From assembly GCA_013239625.1 (NCBI GenBank), contig MU053934.1:10393003-10457002 (forward strand): DNA of 64,000 bases, given 5' to 3'. Under the pieces are notes generated by a model that worked only from the letters and a program-made list of their open reading frames with translations, ran no database searches and was not told the DNA's origin. The position numbers were made by a program, and so were the translations under genes. The stretch's first letter is position 1. Every line of letters starts with the position of its first letter. This document shows, piece by piece, positions 59,731 through 64,000 of this stretch. This DNA is from Lama guanicoe (Eukaryota).

Positions 59731-60404
59731 TGTCACCCAAGACAATGTGTCAGCTGCTAGTTGCCCAAGAATCCAGCGCTGAGAGACAAGTGTTGGGTAA
59801 AAGGAAAGATACGTTGACCGAGGAAGCAGCAATCCTGGGGAGAAGGTGGGCTCGTGCCCCAGAGAACCAACTCCCCGTTGCTGCTTAGGTGGCAAGAGTT
59901 TTCAAGGGGGAGTCTCGGGGTGCACAGGTGGAGGGAGGGGCCACGCGCAGAACAGCACAGTCCGCCCTGACACCCGTCTCAGTCAGTGATGGTCTGAGCA
60001 GCGTCGTCTTGACTGCTTTACGTGCAGTTAGTCTTCAGCTCCAGGCTCGGTTTGCTCCCGTTTCCTTGAGCCAGTTCTCGGAACTGGGGCCACTTCCGTC
60101 ATGGCGGCAGCCTGGTCATCCTGTAGGTAACTTCCTCCACCTGGGGGGTTCCTGCAAAGCAGCTCAAAGGACGGGGCTCGGAATATGACCTCTAGCCCTG
60201 GGGGAGGAGCTAGAGGCCCTTGACTTTGTTTAATGACTCAACTGTTATTATTTTGTCTTGCTTGACTGTTTTCCTATCTTTCTGCACTTTCTCACTTCTC
60301 TGATTAAATTTATTCTTTGGCTAAAGTTTCTCTGCAGACGAGAGGCAGGCAGAGGACATGGGGGTTCTGTGCGGGGACACCCCGTAGGGCCCTGCTCCGG
60401 GACA
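59731..60404 (-). mobile_element. ERV1-type solo LTR (artiodactyl)
   Basis: The minus strand opens ...gagcagggccctacgggg...ccccatgtcctctgcctgcc...aaactttagccaaagaataaatttaatcagagaagtgag, with TG/CA termini. Confidence 0.75.
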
Positions 60405-61408
60405 CAGTCACCGCACAATCAGTTCTGCAGCAGGACGTGCCGTGGAGGAACAAAGGCACCAGCACGCGCACAGCTTGGCTCCGACCGTGACTGCGTCTCC
60501 CATCCAAAGCGGGGTCACTTTGCCAAAGGCGTAGAGATCAGTTTCCTCAATGATTAATTTGGCAACATTCAACTGTTTCAGGAAGGCTCTTTGGGGGCAT
60601 ACATTTTATCCTCCCAACCCTCTGACCACAGCCCTGGCCTTGACCGTGTCCATTATGGGAGCTCTCCTGCCTCCAGGCCTCCTGTTTGGGTGGCATGAAT
60701 GGCTTTATGTGAAAAGCTTGCATTCCTAAGGGCAAATTCCAGGGCAAAAATTCAAGTCTGGGAGCAGCTCCTGGTGGTCACCTGGGGCTCCAGGGACTCA
60801 CCGACTTATTTGCCACCAGGACCCAGTGAGATGCGCGGGAGGAGGCATCCATTATGCAGATTGATCAGCCTTCAGGGACTGGATCAGGAATGCACGGAGC
60901 ATAACAATTGATGGAGTTAATTGTAATTAATGACTAAGAAGCCCTTTAAGGATTCAAAATTAATTCAGAAAGCCACGTATAAGGATGCAAAACAGGTCCC
61001 GCCACCTTTAAAGGCTTCACATTTAATACATATTTATCAGAAGCACTTTTTTTTCAGACATGCTTTTGGAAGAATACGTGAAAAAAATGTTCTTAAAATA
61101 TCTCAAAGTACAACCCCCTTCTGACCAAAGGGAGAAAAAAGATAGGATTTGTTGATGCATATGAATGTGTTATAAAGGATGCTGAAGTTTAAGTCAGCTG
61201 GGAATTCGGCCATACATCATTAGGAAAATGCTTTATGTTTGGTGATTTCGGGTAAAGAAGTGGTAGGACCCCATCCTAGGCATGCTGGGCATCTTATTTC
61301 AAAGAGGAAAGAGAAAATTTGGAGTATGAGGAAGGTAGGATTGTGGGCACCCTCAAATGCATTTCCAGCAAGAAGTGTTTTAAAAATCTAGGATGTGAAA
61401 AAAAAGAT

Positions 61409-61905
61409 CATGGTGAATTAAAGATGGCTGCAGAATCTTTTTTGGTCATCCCATTTAGAGTCATGATCTATGCCCTTGCCCCTTGAACCTGGACAGGCTT
61501 GGTGACACCCGACAGAGTATGGCAGAAATGACGTGTCAGTGTTCGGGCACAGCCCTTAAGAGGCTGGTCACTTTCACTGCTCTTGAAATACTGGTCTTTG
61601 GCACCAAGCTGCCATGTTGTGGGGAAGCCCAGTTGCCCACGTGGAGAGGCACCAAGGCCCCCGGCAGACAGCACTCCAGCCAAGCTCCAGCATCGTGCCA
61701 GCACAGCCTACTGGCCAGGTGCATGAGCCATATTGGACATGAGTCCTCCAGCTTCTATCCAGCTGTCCTAGGTGACCCCACCCAACAAAGACGCGCCATC
61801 GCTGCTGGCCCAGAGTGTGGATATGGAAGCAAGGAAAAAGTGTGTTGATGGCTCAAACCACTAAGATTTTTTGGTGTTTTGTTGTGCAGCAATAGATACC
61901 AACAA
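61409..61905 (+). mobile_element. MLT1 (F/G/H-like) MaLR solo LTR
   Basis: aaagatggctgcaga, ccccttgaacctggacaggctt, gctgccatgttgtggggaagccca, ccactaagattttt...ttgtgcagcaatagata. Confidence 0.85.
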
Positions 61906-62029
61906 ATCAGAAATACAGTGAAATGAGTACATGGGAGGCTTTCCCCAAACAGATATAAATGTGTTAAAATGTAAGTAAATATATATTTATTTGTTTGTTT
62001 GTTTATTTGTTAAAAAATTGATTTTAAAA

Positions 62030-62188
62030 ATATTTTTTACTGAATTGTAGTTGATTAACAGTGTTAGTTTCAAGGGTACAGCAAAGTGATTCAGTTACAC
62101 ATATACATACACATATATATGTTCTTTTCAGATTCTTTTCCATTATATGTTATTACAAGAAATTGAATATAGTTCCCTGGGCTCTACA
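62030..62188 (-). mobile_element. Cetartiodactyl L1 3' end fragment
   Basis: gtacagcaaagtgattcagttacac...ttattacaagaaattgaatatagttccctg. Confidence 0.85.
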
Positions 62189-62329
62189 CTTGACCTACTC
62201 AGAAATCTTAAGGGGCCTTTCTCCCTTTCAGGATAATATCCAAACACCTTTCAATGACATTTGGGGCCTCTGCACAGCTTGTTCCCAGCCTCTCTGTCCA
62301 GCATCACAGCTCTGCAAAAATGGCAGAGG

Positions 62330-62525
62330 TTTAGGGGCTCATTACCACGCCCCAGGCATTGTGCAGAACACTCGTGGTCTCATTTATTCCCCACGACAAA
62401 CTTAGAAGGTATGATGATGGTGAGTTTAATTAACTTCGAAATAATATTTGTTCGAAGAAAACACATCTCTCTCAGGACACATAGCTAGCAATTCAAAGAG
62501 ACCAGATGCAAAACCCAGGCAGTCA
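62330..62525 (-). mobile_element. Degenerate MIR
   Basis: ccaggcattgtgc...tctcatttattccccacgacaaac...ggacacatagctag...aacccaggcagtc. Confidence 0.55.
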
Positions 62526-62527
62526 TA

Positions 62528-63031
62528 TTTTTTTCCATTATGGTTTATTACAGGATATTGAATGTACTTCCCTGTGCTATATGGTAGCAATTTGTTGTTT
62601 ATCTATTTTATATACAGTAGTTTGTATCTGTTAATCCCAAACTTCTAAATGATTCCTCCCCTACCCATTTTTCTCTTGCATAACCATAAGTTTGTTTTCT
62701 ATGTTTGTGAATCTGTTTCTGTTTTTATAAATAAGTTCACTTGTATCATTTTTTAAAGATTCCACATATAAGTGATATCATATGATATTTTTCTTTCTCT
62801 GTCTAGCTTACTTCACTTAATATGATCATCTCTAGGTCCATCCATATTGCTGCACATGGCATTATTTCATTCTTTTTTATGCCTGAGTAGTATGCCATTG
62901 TATATATGTACCACGTCTTCTTTATCCAGTCATCTGTTGATGGACAGTTCGGTTGCTTCCATGTCTTGGCTATTGTAAATAGTGCTGCTATGAACATTGA
63001 GGTTCATATATCTTTTCAAATTAGGGTTTTC
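62528..63031 (-). mobile_element. Cetartiodactyl L1 3' region including ORF2 C-terminus
   Basis: ORF 62803..62997 encodes MFIAALFTIAKTWKQPNCPSTDDWIKKTWYIYTM...WMDLEMIILSEVS. Confidence 0.92.
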
Positions 63032-63264
63032 TTTGGATCTATGCTGGGCCATCACATTTTAATGCACATGCTCTTCCCTCTTGACCTTCTGTGACTGACT
63101 CCTGCCACCCCTATCCTGCTGGCCACGATCTTATCTTCTCTAAATGCTGACTTTTTGTACTTCGTGCAATGGGCAATGTGCTCTCAAGCTTCCCCACGTC
63201 TTGCTCCTGATTCTAACCCTTCTGATATATCTTCTTCCATCCTTCCTGCTCCTTGAGATTTTGC

Positions 63265-64000
63265 AAGTTTTCTTGTAAACAGCATATAGAGATAGATCTT
63301 TTAAAAATCCAGTTCAATCATCTTTGTCTTTTAACTGATGAATCTGGACTGTTTACATTTATTGTAATTGGCCATAAATCTTGATTCATTTCTATCATCT
63401 TTGTCTATTTCTCTTCCTTCTTCTGTTTCCTTTCTTACCATTTCTTCCTATGTATTATGGAATTTGTTTTGTTCATTCCATTTTTCCTCAGTGCGTTTTA
63501 GGAGGCTTTTGCACTTTTATTTATTTTATTTCAGTCGTTCCCCAAGAAGCCTTTACTTTTATACCCAACAAAGTAAAAAGTAGGTCATGAATCTGCCCTT
63601 TCCCCCAACAACTCAAGGGTCTCAGAATACTTTACCTTCCAGCATTCCCTTCTCTACTTAGGTGTGATTTTGTCCAAATGTTAAAAATTTGTATAATTTT
63701 AAGCCCCCAAATTGGGTCATTTTGGTGCTGTTTTTGGTGCTTTTGTTGTTGTTTAGAGTTTATGTAGCTTAACATTGTGTAGATTTATTTGCCCATTTAT
63801 CCATCTCTTTTCCCACCATTCCCTCTGGGATTCCCAAGTTATGGTTTTACATGACACTGATGGTTGTCCATCAAGGTAATTGATGGCACATCATCTTAAG
63901 TTATTTTACATCTGAAAAATGTCTTCATTTTCTATGGTTGTTAAATGATCGTTTTTCTGAGCATTCTGTTCTCTCTCTGAAACACGCTGAAGGTATAACT
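63265..64000 (-). mobile_element. Ancient L1M remnants
   Basis: ttcttgtaaacagcatatag, aatcatctttgtcttttaactg, gtttacatttattgtaat, tctgaaaaatgtcttcatttt. Confidence 0.6.

Noticed and set aside
1..64000. Assignment of a host gene or named locus
   Set aside because: No exon recognised; proximity to a developmental regulator is only suggested by motif-rich islands and cannot be established without alignment.

Overview
Mammalian genomic DNA, most likely camelid. This is inferred from two tRNA-derived SINEs of the camelid type and many cetartiodactyl-type L1 3' ends. I find no recognisable host protein-coding exon, RNA gene or CRISPR array, so the window looks intergenic or deep-intronic, and it is GC/CpG-rich. 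Bases 1-4033 hold the 5' part of a young LINE-1 on the minus strand: a CpG-rich 5'UTR with a YY1 site, ORF1 with one nonsense codon, a 407-bp spacer, and ORF2 with a nonsense codon and a frameshift, running off the window. It sits in a nest of ancient L1M elements reaching ~12.9 kb. The rest is MaLR/ERVL/ERV1 solo LTRs, MIRs, L1 fragments, minisatellites and unique DNA containing AT-rich, homeodomain-motif-rich islands that resemble enhancers. The most interesting observations are: (1) a ~320-bp retrocopy joining an L1 5' end to an L1 3' end at positions matching a GT donor and an AG acceptor, i.e. a probable spliced mini-L1; (2) ancient AT-rich L1 sequence converted into CpG-island-like DNA, suggesting GC-biased gene conversion; (3) an 11-bp tandem repeat that forms an array of DR5 nuclear-receptor sites; (4) an ORF0-like antisense ORF in the young L1 5'UTR; (5) a 19-bp minisatellite with a 76-bp higher-order unit. 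Repeat family names come from recalled consensus motifs, not a database search, and boundaries of old repeats are approximate. I cannot support a claim of a wholly new biological system.
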